A DNA stretch of 64,000 nt from the IMG/VR virus record IMGVR_UViG_3300049742_000009, positions 1,927 to 65,926 of that record; one strand, written 5' to 3'. Shown piece by piece: positions 41,713-50,742 of the stretch (position 1 is the stretch's first letter; each line of letters begins with the position of its first letter). Source of the stretch: a virus. Lineage: Duplodnaviria > Caudoviricetes. The position numbers and the translations under genes are program-made. The notes under the pieces were generated by a model. That model did no database searches. It was not told the DNA's origin and was given only the letters and a program-made list of their open reading frames with translations.

Positions 41713-42007
41713 TTTCCTTCGCCACCTTAGCCGCCTCGGTCATCTCCCAAGGGAAGGGCATTTTACTAGGCTCGGGTATGGGGTTCTCGATGCCCTCTTC
41801 TTCGTCAGTGAAGTTAGCGGCACCGAACATGTAATTGAGGGTTTGAAGTTGATAGTGGATCTCGTTCAGGAGAATGCGCTCATACGTGCTGTCGATGGGA
41901 CCGTGCGCAGTCTCGAACGCCACCCATTCGGCCAGATCCTCAGAGCTGATCCGGTCTAGCACCTCGCGTGGAGTGCACCCCCACGCGAGGGCTAGCCGGA
42001 ACACCAT
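41699..42007 (-). CDS. tail assembly chaperone, frameshift extension (GT part)
   Basis: FRLALAWGCTP.E.L.RISS..LAEW.AF...GP; in the -1 frame of the upstream chaperone. Confidence 0.85.
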   Translation of the reverse strand: MVFRLALAWGCTPREVLDRISSEDLAEWVAFETAHGPIDSTYERILLNEIHYQLQTLNYMFGAANFTDEEEGIENPIPEPSKMPFPWEMTEAAKVAKENARD

Positions 42008-42405
42008 TACTCGGTCTGGCCGTCCTCGAAACCCTCGGTCAGCTCCTCAACGTCCTGCTGAGTCATGCCGTTGAGCTTCTGGGCCGCAGTGAACAGCCGG
42101 TCCAGGACGGACGCGGACTTGCTGCCCAGGAGAGTGACTTCCTTGTCTCCGAACATCCGCTGCCCGCTCTCGTCCACGGCGCACAGGGCGACGAGCCGCG
42201 CGCGCAGGTTGACGAGGTTCATCTTGTTGGACTTGCCGCGCTGGTCGATCATGTCCGACTCGAACTTGTCGCGCTCCCCACCCGTCAGAGTGCGGAGGCG
42301 AACAGACGCGACTTCCTGACCTTCCGGAGTCCATTCCGGAACCTCGACGTCGATGGTCTTCATGTCGTCGGCGGCGAGGATAAGGTCTCGGTTGAGAATA
42401 GCCAT
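42007..42405 (-). CDS. tail assembly chaperone (G)
   Basis: ILNRD.IL.ADD...V.VPEW...V.LR.LTG.ERD.FE; between the major tail and TMP genes. Confidence 0.88.
   Translation of the reverse strand: MAILNRDLILAADDMKTIDVEVPEWTPEGQEVASVRLRTLTGGERDKFESDMIDQRGKSNKMNLVNLRARLVALCAVDESGQRMFGDKEVTLLGSKSASVLDRLFTAAQKLNGMTQQDVEELTEGFEDGQTE
42028..42034 (-). other. programmed -1 frameshift slippery site G GGT TTC
   Basis: X XXY YYZ heptamer; the -1 frame reads FRGRPDRVMVFRL with no stop into the 41699-42007 ORF. Confidence 0.85.
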
Positions 42406-42502
42406 GGTGTGTCAGTTTCCTTTTCTCGATGCGCGGTTCGATGCGGTTAGAACCGGACGAGCGACCCCGCATCGTAAGTCGCTCGCCCGGCTGCTAGTTG
42501 GG

Positions 42503-42928
42503 TCAGGAAGTGGTGGAGCGGGTAACGCCATCCCGCTGCGTCACGAACTTGACCTTCGTGTCGGACAGCTTACCGACAGCACCGTCAAGCGGGCTGTACT
42601 CCAACAGAAGGCAGGTGGCGGAGTAGGACGGGTTGTCCGCTCCGACAGGCTTGCTCTGCGTCGGGAGGATGTAGACGTAGAACTCAACCTCCGTGTCGTA
42701 CAGGGGGAACAGAACGGAGTCCACCGAGGCAGCGTTGAAGTCCTGCTGCATCGTGACCTCGAACTGGTCGTCCTTGAGGCCATGCTGGTGCTCACGGCCA
42801 CCGCCAGAGAAGTTGGTGGTGTCGATGTCGTCCTTGGACAGAGTGACGGTGACTGCGGAAACGTGCGAGGACAGGTCCACGCCGTTCACCTCGATGTAGC
42901 AGTCACGCAGAATAAGCTTCTTGGACAC
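42503..42928 (-). CDS. major tail protein
   Basis: 141 aa; NGVDLSSHV..VT...D.TTNF..GG.E...GLKD; upstream of the chaperones. Confidence 0.85.
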   Translation of the reverse strand: MSKKLILRDCYIEVNGVDLSSHVSAVTVTLSKDDIDTTNFSGGGREHQHGLKDDQFEVTMQQDFNAASVDSVLFPLYDTEVEFYVYILPTQSKPVGADNPSYSATCLLLEYSPLDGAVGKLSDTKVKFVTQRDGVTRSTTS

Positions 42929-43221
42929 TAGAACTCATCCCTTCGGGGGTTATCGGTAGGCGCCTCTTCCGGTGCCTCACTTGGCGCATCCTCTGACACG
43001 CTAGGTTCTGCCGGGAGCGATACCGTAGCCTCAAATGCCGAAGTAAACCCCGACAGTTGAGCGCCGATGGTGACGCTCGGTTCTACTGGGAGGGGAGCAC
43101 GGACTATGAATCCGCCCCCGATGAGATGGCGCTCTTGCGCCTCGGGAAGATTACGCTCGAAGAACTCTCCATGCGACTTCCCGAATACTCGGTGGTTCTT
43201 ACCTACTACCTGATAGCGCAT
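42928..43221 (-). CDS. hypothetical virion-region protein
   Basis: 97 aa between the tail terminator and major tail genes. Confidence 0.65.
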   Translation of the reverse strand: MRYQVVGKNHRVFGKSHGEFFERNLPEAQERHLIGGGFIVRAPLPVEPSVTIGAQLSGFTSAFEATVSLPAEPSVSEDAPSEAPEEAPTDNPRRDEF

Positions 43222-43652
43222 CAGGGATCAGCCTCCACTTTCACTCTGAGGATGGCCCCCACATGCTGGATCTGAGCCGTCGTGTACTGACCGCCGTATC
43301 CATCCATGCCCGTGCACAGAGCCGTCACTGCACCATCAAGTCCCAGTTCCATATTGCCGTTTATTGCAGTAGGAATGCTGTTGGGACCGTAGTGGCTCAC
43401 CAGTTCGTCTAGGTCATCCTGCGCTACGCCAGTTTCGCGACGAGATGTCAAGACGTAGACCTGGAAATTGTATGTGGCGTCATCGCCCATGTTGACAACG
43501 TAGTTGGCGCTCATGGGCCTTACCACCACGGCGGGAAGCTGAGCAACGTCAGGCACGTTGGCGTACTCGAAGATCTCAACTTCCACATTCGCCTTGATGG
43601 TCTCAACCAGAGCCGTCCTGATCTCGGCTAGAGTGGGAGTCGTCATAGTCAC
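43221..43652 (-). CDS. tail terminator
   Basis: IR.AL...I...PD....P.VVV...AQ..LD; synteny. Confidence 0.7.
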   Translation of the reverse strand: MTMTTPTLAEIRTALVETIKANVEVEIFEYANVPDVAQLPAVVVRPMSANYVVNMGDDATYNFQVYVLTSRRETGVAQDDLDELVSHYGPNSIPTAINGNMELGLDGAVTALCTGMDGYGGQYTTAQIQHVGAILRVKVEADP

Positions 43653-44254
43653 CCCACCAGGAATCTGTCACGCACATAGGGCCCCAACTTGCTTACCGCT
43701 ATGGCGTTGTCGCGGACCCTCATGGGTGAGCCAAAGGCGTCCATGCCGGTTATGCCAAACGGCGAGTCCTTGAGCTGGAACGTCTCCGCTGCCATAATCA
43801 GGCAGGCTTGCTTAATGGGCGCGGGAACATCGTTCCATCCCCAACGAGCAGTCACAGTGAGCGGTGCGCCGTTCTGGTTGTCCCACTTGGGGAAGCACCT
43901 GCCACCGAGTAGCTTGACCTTCCAGAACGGCCAGCCGGGGCGGTTGTCAACTATCCCGTCAAGTGGCTGTAGTTCAAAGTCGGTGCCCTCGGTAAGCGTG
44001 GTGCCCTTCCACGTGACTACGAGATCTTCCGTAGTGTAGAAGTCGTGCACCTTTGCCATGTAGCGCGTGGTCGGGTAATAGGACCTCTGAGATGCCGAAG
44101 TCGCCTTGTTGAACTGACGGTTGCACCTTCCCTCTATCTCCATGGTTACGGAGTTGAGGGCATCTTGCAGGGCATCGTCATAAGAAGCCTTGCCGGTCAT
44201 CTTGAGGTATTCCTTGAGTTCATCAAGGCTGACGTACGGATCTCCGATCGCCAT
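43649..44254 (-). CDS. head-to-tail adaptor
   Basis: Y..LDELK.YL...D..L..AL......I...CNR.F; VTARWGW..VP..IKQAC. Confidence 0.85.
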   Translation of the reverse strand: MAIGDPYVSLDELKEYLKMTGKASYDDALQDALNSVTMEIEGRCNRQFNKATSASQRSYYPTTRYMAKVHDFYTTEDLVVTWKGTTLTEGTDFELQPLDGIVDNRPGWPFWKVKLLGGRCFPKWDNQNGAPLTVTARWGWNDVPAPIKQACLIMAAETFQLKDSPFGITGMDAFGSPMRVRDNAIAVSKLGPYVRDRFLVG

Positions 44255-44526
44255 TACTCCTCCTCAGCGGCGGGCTCCGGTGTCGCATCTGCCTTTGCGG
44301 AAGCGGTCTTTGCCTGAGCGACCTTCGCGGGTGCAGGGGCAGGCGCAGGGGCCACGGGCGGCCTCGGCCTCTCGCACTCGAAGTGGACGTGGAGCCGCTT
44401 GAACAGATGCTCGCGACCCTCCATAATGGCGTGACCCCCACGGACGATCGTCTCGTCCTTGATGATCTTCACTCGCTTTCCGGCGTGCTCTATGAACGCC
44501 GTCTGAGCAGCTACGAACAGACTCAT
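44254..44526 (-). CDS. small head-associated hypothetical protein
   Basis: 90 aa; ET.V..GH.I....E.LF with an A/P-rich tail. Confidence 0.65.
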   Translation of the reverse strand: MSLFVAAQTAFIEHAGKRVKIIKDETIVRGGHAIMEGREHLFKRLHVHFECERPRPPVAPAPAPAPAKVAQAKTASAKADATPEPAAEEE

Positions 44527-45203
44527 TTGCTCTCAACTCCCTCTCCGACGAGCGCTCTCATAGCGGGTCGGTTGTGGTTTGCGCGCCTGTATCGTTCCCA
44601 CAGTGCGCGACTTTCCTTAGATCCGACAACGCGATTATCACGCTTCATCGGCGGATGCCATAGGTGCCACAGAGGATCAACTCCCCTCCATGGCAACCCG
44701 TACAGTGTCGTCCAGGCCATGTCTGCCGACTGGTCCTCCTGCCCCCATCCACGGAACCTGCGGTCCAACGGAGCAGCCTCGTACAGCTCTCGGCGCATGA
44801 CGAACATGCCACCCGCAGGCACCCCCTCGTACGGAGGCTCGTCAAGGTCTTCTATCCATACGTGTGCATGCACCTTGAATAGCGCGGTACCCTCTGGGGT
44901 TAGCCTGTGAACTGCAAGATGGGGGATCGCCCATGGCTTGCCGTGATCGACCCTCAGAACAGCCTCTTCCACGGCCGCCGATGAACACCACACGTCGGCG
45001 TCTGCCATGACGATGATGTCGCCGCTTGCGCGACTTAGAGCGTCCGCTATCGCGTCAGCCTTGATCCATTCATCCGACGAGCAATCACCCGTGACGAGTT
45101 CCCAGTTAGGGAAGTTCCTGCGCCATCCATCTTGCAGGACACGCCAGTTATCTTCACGCTCCGCACCGTCTGGGCGGTAAGGAACTACGACTGAGACAGT
45201 CAC
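44523..45203 (-). CDS. glycosyltransferase (GT-A, GT2/GT7-like)
   Basis: VSVVVPYR, MADAD, F.GWGQED, HLWH. Confidence 0.88.
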   Translation of the reverse strand: MTVSVVVPYRPDGAEREDNWRVLQDGWRRNFPNWELVTGDCSSDEWIKADAIADALSRASGDIIVMADADVWCSSAAVEEAVLRVDHGKPWAIPHLAVHRLTPEGTALFKVHAHVWIEDLDEPPYEGVPAGGMFVMRRELYEAAPLDRRFRGWGQEDQSADMAWTTLYGLPWRGVDPLWHLWHPPMKRDNRVVGSKESRALWERYRRANHNRPAMRALVGEGVESK

Positions 45204-45865
45204 CTGTAACCCTTCGTTGCCGGATGCCGTTCAAAGTCTTCCGGGTAGTCGATGTCATCCGTCCAGTCGTTGATCTGAGTGAAGTAACGAGGCTTGACTA
45301 TGTGCCGGTCTAGCGGGTCACCCTGGAAGCTGCGCAGTAGCATCCATCCATGAGGACGCAAGATACCTTGTGCGCGAGCCTGTTCGACGTGGGCTAGATG
45401 CTGCTCTATCTCGTGGATATGCTCGGGCCACCAGGTGTGTGCGAACAGCTCACCGTATGGGGTGTGAGTTATATTCGATCCACCATGGCGACCAAACGCC
45501 CTGTACTCTCGGCCCGCCGTGGGGGTAAGTATCTTGCGCATGGCCAGATCGCTAAAGTACACATCCCCGAGCAAAAGCACGGTTCGTTCACTTCTACTCC
45601 ACAGGCTACGAGTTGAGTCAAACTCACTCTTTCCCTCGCCGGTGCAGACCGTCACGCCGCCGATCCAGTATCTACCATCGCCAGCGGGTGCCGTTAGTAC
45701 AACCTCTTCGCGTGTTGTGTACCTAGCGACCTGACGGAGTGTCCTATGCAGCAGAGGTTCCCGCTCGTCCGAATCATCCAAGCGAACTGGTGCGAAGTGA
45801 CTAGGTATCCCAAGATAGTTGTTCCACTTAACCTGAGGACCCGCGCATGCGATTATGACTCGCAT
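45200..45865 (-). CDS. sugar nucleotidyltransferase-like (NTP transferase, GT-A fold) protein
   Basis: RVIIACAG...W.NY.G.P.H..P...EPLL.RT..Q; LLGDVYF; DDID; start moved to ATG 45865. Confidence 0.7.
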   Translation of the reverse strand: MRVIIACAGPQVKWNNYLGIPSHFAPVRLDDSDEREPLLHRTLRQVARYTTREEVVLTAPAGDGRYWIGGVTVCTGEGKSEFDSTRSLWSRSERTVLLLGDVYFSDLAMRKILTPTAGREYRAFGRHGGSNITHTPYGELFAHTWWPEHIHEIEQHLAHVEQARAQGILRPHGWMLLRSFQGDPLDRHIVKPRYFTQINDWTDDIDYPEDFERHPATKGYR

Positions 45866-45866
45866 T

Positions 45867-46868
45867 TCACCACCTCCCGCACCAACAGCCACCTAGGCGA
45901 CGCTTACCACTTCGCCGACAGAGGCAGTTTCCGTCCGACGTGACGATATCCTGTAGCTCTTGCATGCGTTGCTTCCAGGTGTGGCGCTCTCGAACCAACT
46001 CGTATGCAGCTTGCCTTCGTTGCTCCATCTCGGAGTGCGTTAGTGAGTCGATCTTCTCGCCGAGCGTCGCCAGATCCCCACGTGGGTAGGTGATCATGAC
46101 TTCATCGGTGAAGCCGTTCTCGGCCATCCCCTCAACTTCCGGATGGGACATCAATGCGCCGCGTCCCAGGGTGCAGGGGATGCGATCCGACCAGTAGCGG
46201 GGGGAAGGTGCCGAGTCGCCGAGAACGAACCCCGTGCGGGCGTACAGCGCGTTCAGCCTGTGGCCGTAGAGCTGTCCCCTCGACCCCTCTCCGCGCCCGT
46301 ACAGCGCGAAGCCTTCATCCCAGCGCTCACGCCCGTACTGGACAAGCGCGGCGCGGTCAGGCCCGTGGATTCCGGGCACATAGCCACCGACGAACACTGC
46401 TGCATGAGTGCCGTCATATGACCTCTCGGCACGGTAGTTGTACTGAGAGCCGATGGCGGGAGGCATCCAAAAGTGATTGACTCCGCGCATAAAAAACTCA
46501 CGCTGGTGTCCGCCATCAGCCGTGAAGACATACTGGCAAGTCCACCAGGGGTGACGACCTATCTTGCGCTCACGAGCCTGGATTCCCCAGTAAAGATCCA
46601 TGTGTAGCGCAACCGTTCGGGTGCCACCAGCTTCTATCTGACGCAGCATGCCCTCTACGCTGGACGGTGGCTTAGGCATATGCCCGTGAGTCATCGCCCA
46701 GAGGAGGATGTCTGCACCTTTGCAGAGCCGGATGACCTCGGCTGGGAGAATTCCCTTGGCTGCTACGTGCGTTACGTCCCAACCAAGGGATTCCCCATCC
46801 TCGCACATGTCGTCTTTCCAGCGGTTGTCACCCGGCGGCAGCGGTATCCCCAGAACAACAACCTTCAC
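45867..46868 (-). CDS. GT-B glycosyltransferase (CgeB/Glyco_trans_1_2-like)
   Basis: YWSDR...LG.G...; RQAAYELVRERHTWKQR; start moved to GTG 46868. Confidence 0.8.
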   Translation of the reverse strand: MKVVVLGIPLPPGDNRWKDDMCEDGESLGWDVTHVAAKGILPAEVIRLCKGADILLWAMTHGHMPKPPSSVEGMLRQIEAGGTRTVALHMDLYWGIQARERKIGRHPWWTCQYVFTADGGHQREFFMRGVNHFWMPPAIGSQYNYRAERSYDGTHAAVFVGGYVPGIHGPDRAALVQYGRERWDEGFALYGRGEGSRGQLYGHRLNALYARTGFVLGDSAPSPRYWSDRIPCTLGRGALMSHPEVEGMAENGFTDEVMITYPRGDLATLGEKIDSLTHSEMEQRRQAAYELVRERHTWKQRMQELQDIVTSDGNCLCRRSGKRRLGGCWCGRW

Positions 46869-47508
46869 CGCAGCACCCTTCGTTGACGGGCACATAGGCG
46901 ATGTCGAACCAGATCGCCTTGGGTCCGTGTGGCCAGACGTAAACCTCACGCCAGCCGATGGAATCCATGTACTCCGACACGGCCTTCCTCATAGGCTGGC
47001 CGTGATACTTTGCGCGCGTACCGACCTCGACCACGATCAGGTCTAGGTATCGCCGATCGCACCCCTTGATGACATCGATCTCGGAGCCCTGTACGTCAAC
47101 TACAAGAACGTTTACCGGGCTTCTGAACTTACTGCCCGGAATAACGTCCCGCAGGCGCACCATTGGGACCTCAATCTTCTGAGTGGCGCCCAACTCGATA
47201 GGCTCAAGCGTCGAGTTGTACTGCGAGTCTCGCAGCACTCGGTAGAACTCTACGCATCCGCGCTCCGCGCCAGCAGCCACGGGAAGCACCGTAACTCCGT
47301 TGGTGTGACCGTACCTACTCTCAAGGTCCGCAGCTAGATTCGGATCGGCTTCTACTAGGTAGATGTTGTCGAATCTCAATTCGATGTAGAGCGGAACCTC
47401 TTGACCCTCATGCGCCCCCACGTGACAGACCCCGCGCGGCTCTATGTTGTTGTCTGCGAGCAGGCGGGGCCAGTCCATTTGGTCCAACGTGTAGTGATGC
47501 GCCATCAC
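46828..47508 (-). CDS. FkbM-family SAM methyltransferase
   Basis: HVGAHEGQE...VEADP; VVDVQGSE.DVIKG; VEV. Confidence 0.9.
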   Translation of the reverse strand: MMAHHYTLDQMDWPRLLADNNIEPRGVCHVGAHEGQEVPLYIELRFDNIYLVEADPNLAADLESRYGHTNGVTVLPVAAGAERGCVEFYRVLRDSQYNSTLEPIELGATQKIEVPMVRLRDVIPGSKFRSPVNVLVVDVQGSEIDVIKGCDRRYLDLIVVEVGTRAKYHGQPMRKAVSEYMDSIGWREVYVWPHGPKAIWFDIAYVPVNEGCCGEGCCSGDTAAAG

Positions 47509-47804
47509 TTACCCTTCTTGGGGGCCGCCTTCTTCTTAGGCAGCGGGCCCTTTCCCGGCATAGGCTTCTGGCCGGGCTTCTGACCGGGAACCGGAGGCTT
47601 ACCCGGAGCGGGCTTCGCGGGCGCGCCCTTCTTTCCGGGGACGGGCTTGCCGGTCGGCTTCGCGGCAGGCTTGCCGCCGGGCTTCGCGCCGGGCTTACTC
47701 GAACCACCCTGGTTGGGCGCCTTCTTGGCAGGCGCCGCCCCCTTCTTGGGCGCAGGCTTCGCAACCGGCTTCGCGGCGGGCTTTTTCTTTGGTGCAGCAG
47801 CCAT
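47505..47804 (-). CDS. Lys/Pro/Ala/Gly-rich histone H1-like protein
   Basis: 99 aa low-complexity AKP/PGK/KK repeats, no acidic residues; GAGGAG RBS, ATGA overlap with the methyltransferase. Confidence 0.65.
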   Translation of the reverse strand: MAAAPKKKPAAKPVAKPAPKKGAAPAKKAPNQGGSSKPGAKPGGKPAAKPTGKPVPGKKGAPAKPAPGKPPVPGQKPGQKPMPGKGPLPKKKAAPKKGK

Positions 47805-47838
47805 GAGGACTCCTCAGCTAGTATTTGTTCAACTTTCG

Positions 47839-47912
47839 TGGCGGGGGTGGGATTTGAACCCACGACCTTCGGGCTATGAACCCGCTGCGCTACCGAACTG
47901 CGCTACCCCGCT
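47839..47912 (-). tRNA. tRNA-fMet (CAT), CCA not encoded
   Basis: Cloverleaf; 1:72 mismatch, GGG/CCC in the anticodon stem, T-loop TTCAAAT. Confidence 0.92.
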
Positions 47913-47953
47913 AGGTCCCCGGTTACATGACACCCTATGCCCTTCACCGGGGC

Positions 47954-47999
47954 GGAAGTTGTGCGGCCTAGGTTACAGGAACCGTACCGCACAACTTCC
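47954..47999 (-). terminator. stem-loop after the capsid gene
   Basis: GGAAGTTGTGCGG...CCGCACAACTTCC, 13 bp perfect stem. Confidence 0.65.
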
Positions 48000-48068
48000 A
48001 TTCCATCTCTCAACTCACATTAGCCCACCCGTACCCCTGGCACGGGTCGCAAGCTAAGTGAGCCAGGA

Positions 48069-50717
48069 TCAGGAAGCCGTACCCTGCTTGAGGTACTTGA
48101 ACGCGTCGTCCACCAGAACCTTGGACGAGTTGCGCCAGATCGCGAGCAGACCACGCTGACCGGTCGGCGTAGGAACGCTGGCGGTCGGGTTGAACAGGTG
48201 CGGGACCAGCTCAACGTTCATGCCCACGCGGTCAACGATGAGGAACTGCGAGAAGTCACCGAAGAGCAGGTAGCGAGCGCCACTGTCGTCGGAAGCACCC
48301 ATGGTGCTGATCTCGCGAGCGTCGTAGCCGATAAGCTGCGACGGGTTCCGGTCGGCCAGGCGCACCCACAGGTCCGCACCGTCAGTGGTGCCGAGCTGTC
48401 GGATGTCGTTGTAGACCGACTTGTTGCCGAGGAACTGAGCACGCGCGCGCCAGCGCGGGGCAAGAGCCTCTTCCAGTGCGTACACGTCGGCAGTGGTCAG
48501 GCTGCCACCGTCCGGCACGGCGCCGTAGTGCGAGAGCGTCGCGACGACACCGCCGGGGTTGTTGCCGGTCCCGTCGCCGTTGACGAACGAGCTTGCCTCT
48601 TCGGTGTCCTTCGCGTCCTGGAGGAGACGAGTAACCTCAGAGCGCATCGCGGTCCAGTCGGCGTCGATCTCGACGGAGAACGGGATAAAGCCCGTCACAC
48701 GGGTCGGGCGAACGGTCGGCTGCTCAAGGGTCGGCGAAACGACGTTGACGTTCGCGGCCTCAGAGGAGCGGGTGACCGAGATACCGGCGGAGGTGACACC
48801 CTGCCATTCCTTGCCAGTGATCTGAACGACGCGCGCCATGGAGCGGAGCGGGTTGATCACACCGTCAGAAGTCAGGATGACGGTGGGGTCAAGCTGGAAC
48901 GGAACGGCGTAGCCACCGTCAGCGTTCGAACCGAGGGAGAGCGCACGCGCCTCCTCGGCCGTAAGGCCGTTGGTGGAGAGGGCGCGCATGGCCTTGCCGA
49001 ACGCACGCTCGTAGACCGGGGAGCCGGTCGTGAGGATGCGACGAGCCAGCGTACCGGCAGCGTCGTCGTTCTCCTGGAGCAGACGCTCCACGTTCTCCTG
49101 CGCGGCTTCCTTGCGGACGCCGCCACCGAAGCGACCCTGTTCGATCGCGCGCATGGCATTGTCGCGGCAGAGGGCGCCCATCTCGTCCAGGCTGCGGGCC
49201 TGGTTACGCAGGTTCGAGATGTCGTAGATGTCGGACGGGCGGCGGATGTGGTTCGGCGCGGTGCCGCGCTCGACCTGACGGCCGTTGCCCTGGGCGTTGT
49301 CCTCGGCGAGAGCACGAAGCTGCTCAGCGCGCTTGGTGGCCGCGTCGATGGCGCGGTCATGCTCGCTGAACTCGACGTTGAGGCCGTCCCACTCGCGCTG
49401 CGTGTCCTCGGGGAGAGTACCGCCGCTGTACTCGGTGTCGATCTCGGAGAGACGCGCCTTGATCTCGCTCTGGCGAGCAACGCGCTCTTCCACGGTCATC
49501 GGTTCCATGTCACTTTCCTTTCGAACCGTTTTGTTCCTTACGGGAGTTACTGCTTCCGGGGTGACCGTGGGGTCGGCGCCGGATTCCTCTGGGGTGGATG
49601 ATACGTCATCAGCCGCCTTGGCCTCAACGTCCACACCAAACTTCTTGAGTGCTGCCTGGATCTTGTTCTTGATCTCGGCAAGCTGTTCCGCTGTGTACTC
49701 TGACGCATTGCCAGCCTGGTTGATATAAGACCAGGCGGCCTTAGCGTGCTCTTCGGTGTCGATCGGGTAACGCTTCTTACCGTCCTTCTGGTAACCAGGG
49801 TCGGCGTAAGTCACGTCACCGTAGGGCTTGTTGTCGCCGCTGCTCTTGTCCTTAGCCTTTGGCTTGGCGACGTTGGGCGTGCCCTGAGTGGTCAACGCGC
49901 GCTCATGAAGCTCCGGGTGCTCGCAGCCCTCTTCGGCGTCTTCCTTGCCCCGGCATCGGCCCTCGACATGCACTTCGAGAAGCGGGAGGTCGTCAGACTC
50001 GACCGCGCGGGCGACCGACTCCGGCGTGAAGCCAGCCTCGACAAGCTCTGGGCCGTGTTCGCCGACAAGCTCCCCCTCGACCTCTTCGGTCATCGACCGC
50101 GCGTACTCGTCAATGAGAGCCTGTCGGTCCTCATCTGAGATCTCGTCCAGGGAACGAACGGCGACCGAAGTCTGCTCGTACGCAGGGAACACCACAGGAC
50201 CAGCCTCAAAGAGCTGAACTTCCTTCAAGGTGCGCTTGAGTGGCCCGCGCGAGCCAGCGTTGTAAAGCATCTCACCGAGCTGACCGGGCTTGATGACGTT
50301 ATCCTCGCCGTCGCGCCACTCGTCGCGAACGGCGCGGAAGCGGAAGGACATCCCGCTGATGGCGCCGCCCTCGATAGCCTGTCGGATAGGCTCAACGACC
50401 GGATTGTCAAAGAGCCTTGCCTTCACGTAAAGACCCTGCGGATCTTCGCGCATCTCGACAATCTTGCCGATCGGCACGCTTCCCGTACGGACATCCTTGC
50501 CGTGATCGAACTGCAAGACAGGCTTGCGCTCACTGATGGTCTTCCGGAAGGCTCCCGGTGCGATCTCCTCTGAGAAGCGGCCCTCGAAAGAGTCAATCTC
50601 AGTAGGCGCGTTGAAGACTGCGGCATAACCCTCAAGGGTTCGGCCGTCGTTGTTCTCTCCGGTGTCTGCAACGCGAAACTCAACAGACCGCAGACAGAGC
50701 TTAGATGGACTGGTCAT
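48069..50717 (-). CDS. HK97-type major capsid protein fused to prohead protease and scaffold
   Basis: LEGYAAVFN...QFDH...GMSFRF...L.EAGPV.FPAY protease; coiled-coil scaffold; GGYAVP..LDPTVI capsid core. Confidence 0.93.
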   Translation of the reverse strand: MTSPSKLCLRSVEFRVADTGENNDGRTLEGYAAVFNAPTEIDSFEGRFSEEIAPGAFRKTISERKPVLQFDHGKDVRTGSVPIGKIVEMREDPQGLYVKARLFDNPVVEPIRQAIEGGAISGMSFRFRAVRDEWRDGEDNVIKPGQLGEMLYNAGSRGPLKRTLKEVQLFEAGPVVFPAYEQTSVAVRSLDEISDEDRQALIDEYARSMTEEVEGELVGEHGPELVEAGFTPESVARAVESDDLPLLEVHVEGRCRGKEDAEEGCEHPELHERALTTQGTPNVAKPKAKDKSSGDNKPYGDVTYADPGYQKDGKKRYPIDTEEHAKAAWSYINQAGNASEYTAEQLAEIKNKIQAALKKFGVDVEAKAADDVSSTPEESGADPTVTPEAVTPVRNKTVRKESDMEPMTVEERVARQSEIKARLSEIDTEYSGGTLPEDTQREWDGLNVEFSEHDRAIDAATKRAEQLRALAEDNAQGNGRQVERGTAPNHIRRPSDIYDISNLRNQARSLDEMGALCRDNAMRAIEQGRFGGGVRKEAAQENVERLLQENDDAAGTLARRILTTGSPVYERAFGKAMRALSTNGLTAEEARALSLGSNADGGYAVPFQLDPTVILTSDGVINPLRSMARVVQITGKEWQGVTSAGISVTRSSEAANVNVVSPTLEQPTVRPTRVTGFIPFSVEIDADWTAMRSEVTRLLQDAKDTEEASSFVNGDGTGNNPGGVVATLSHYGAVPDGGSLTTADVYALEEALAPRWRARAQFLGNKSVYNDIRQLGTTDGADLWVRLADRNPSQLIGYDAREISTMGASDDSGARYLLFGDFSQFLIVDRVGMNVELVPHLFNPTASVPTPTGQRGLLAIWRNSSKVLVDDAFKYLKQGTAS

Positions 50718-50742
50718 TTACTAACCTCCTCTGCGGAGTTGA

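Noticed and set aside
47839-47912. tRNA as an att-site remnant or prophage boundary
   Set aside because: It is full length, lies inside the structural operon, and phage genes continue on both sides.
48198-49601. 467 aa plus-strand ORF
   Set aside because: Antisense shadow of the capsid gene.
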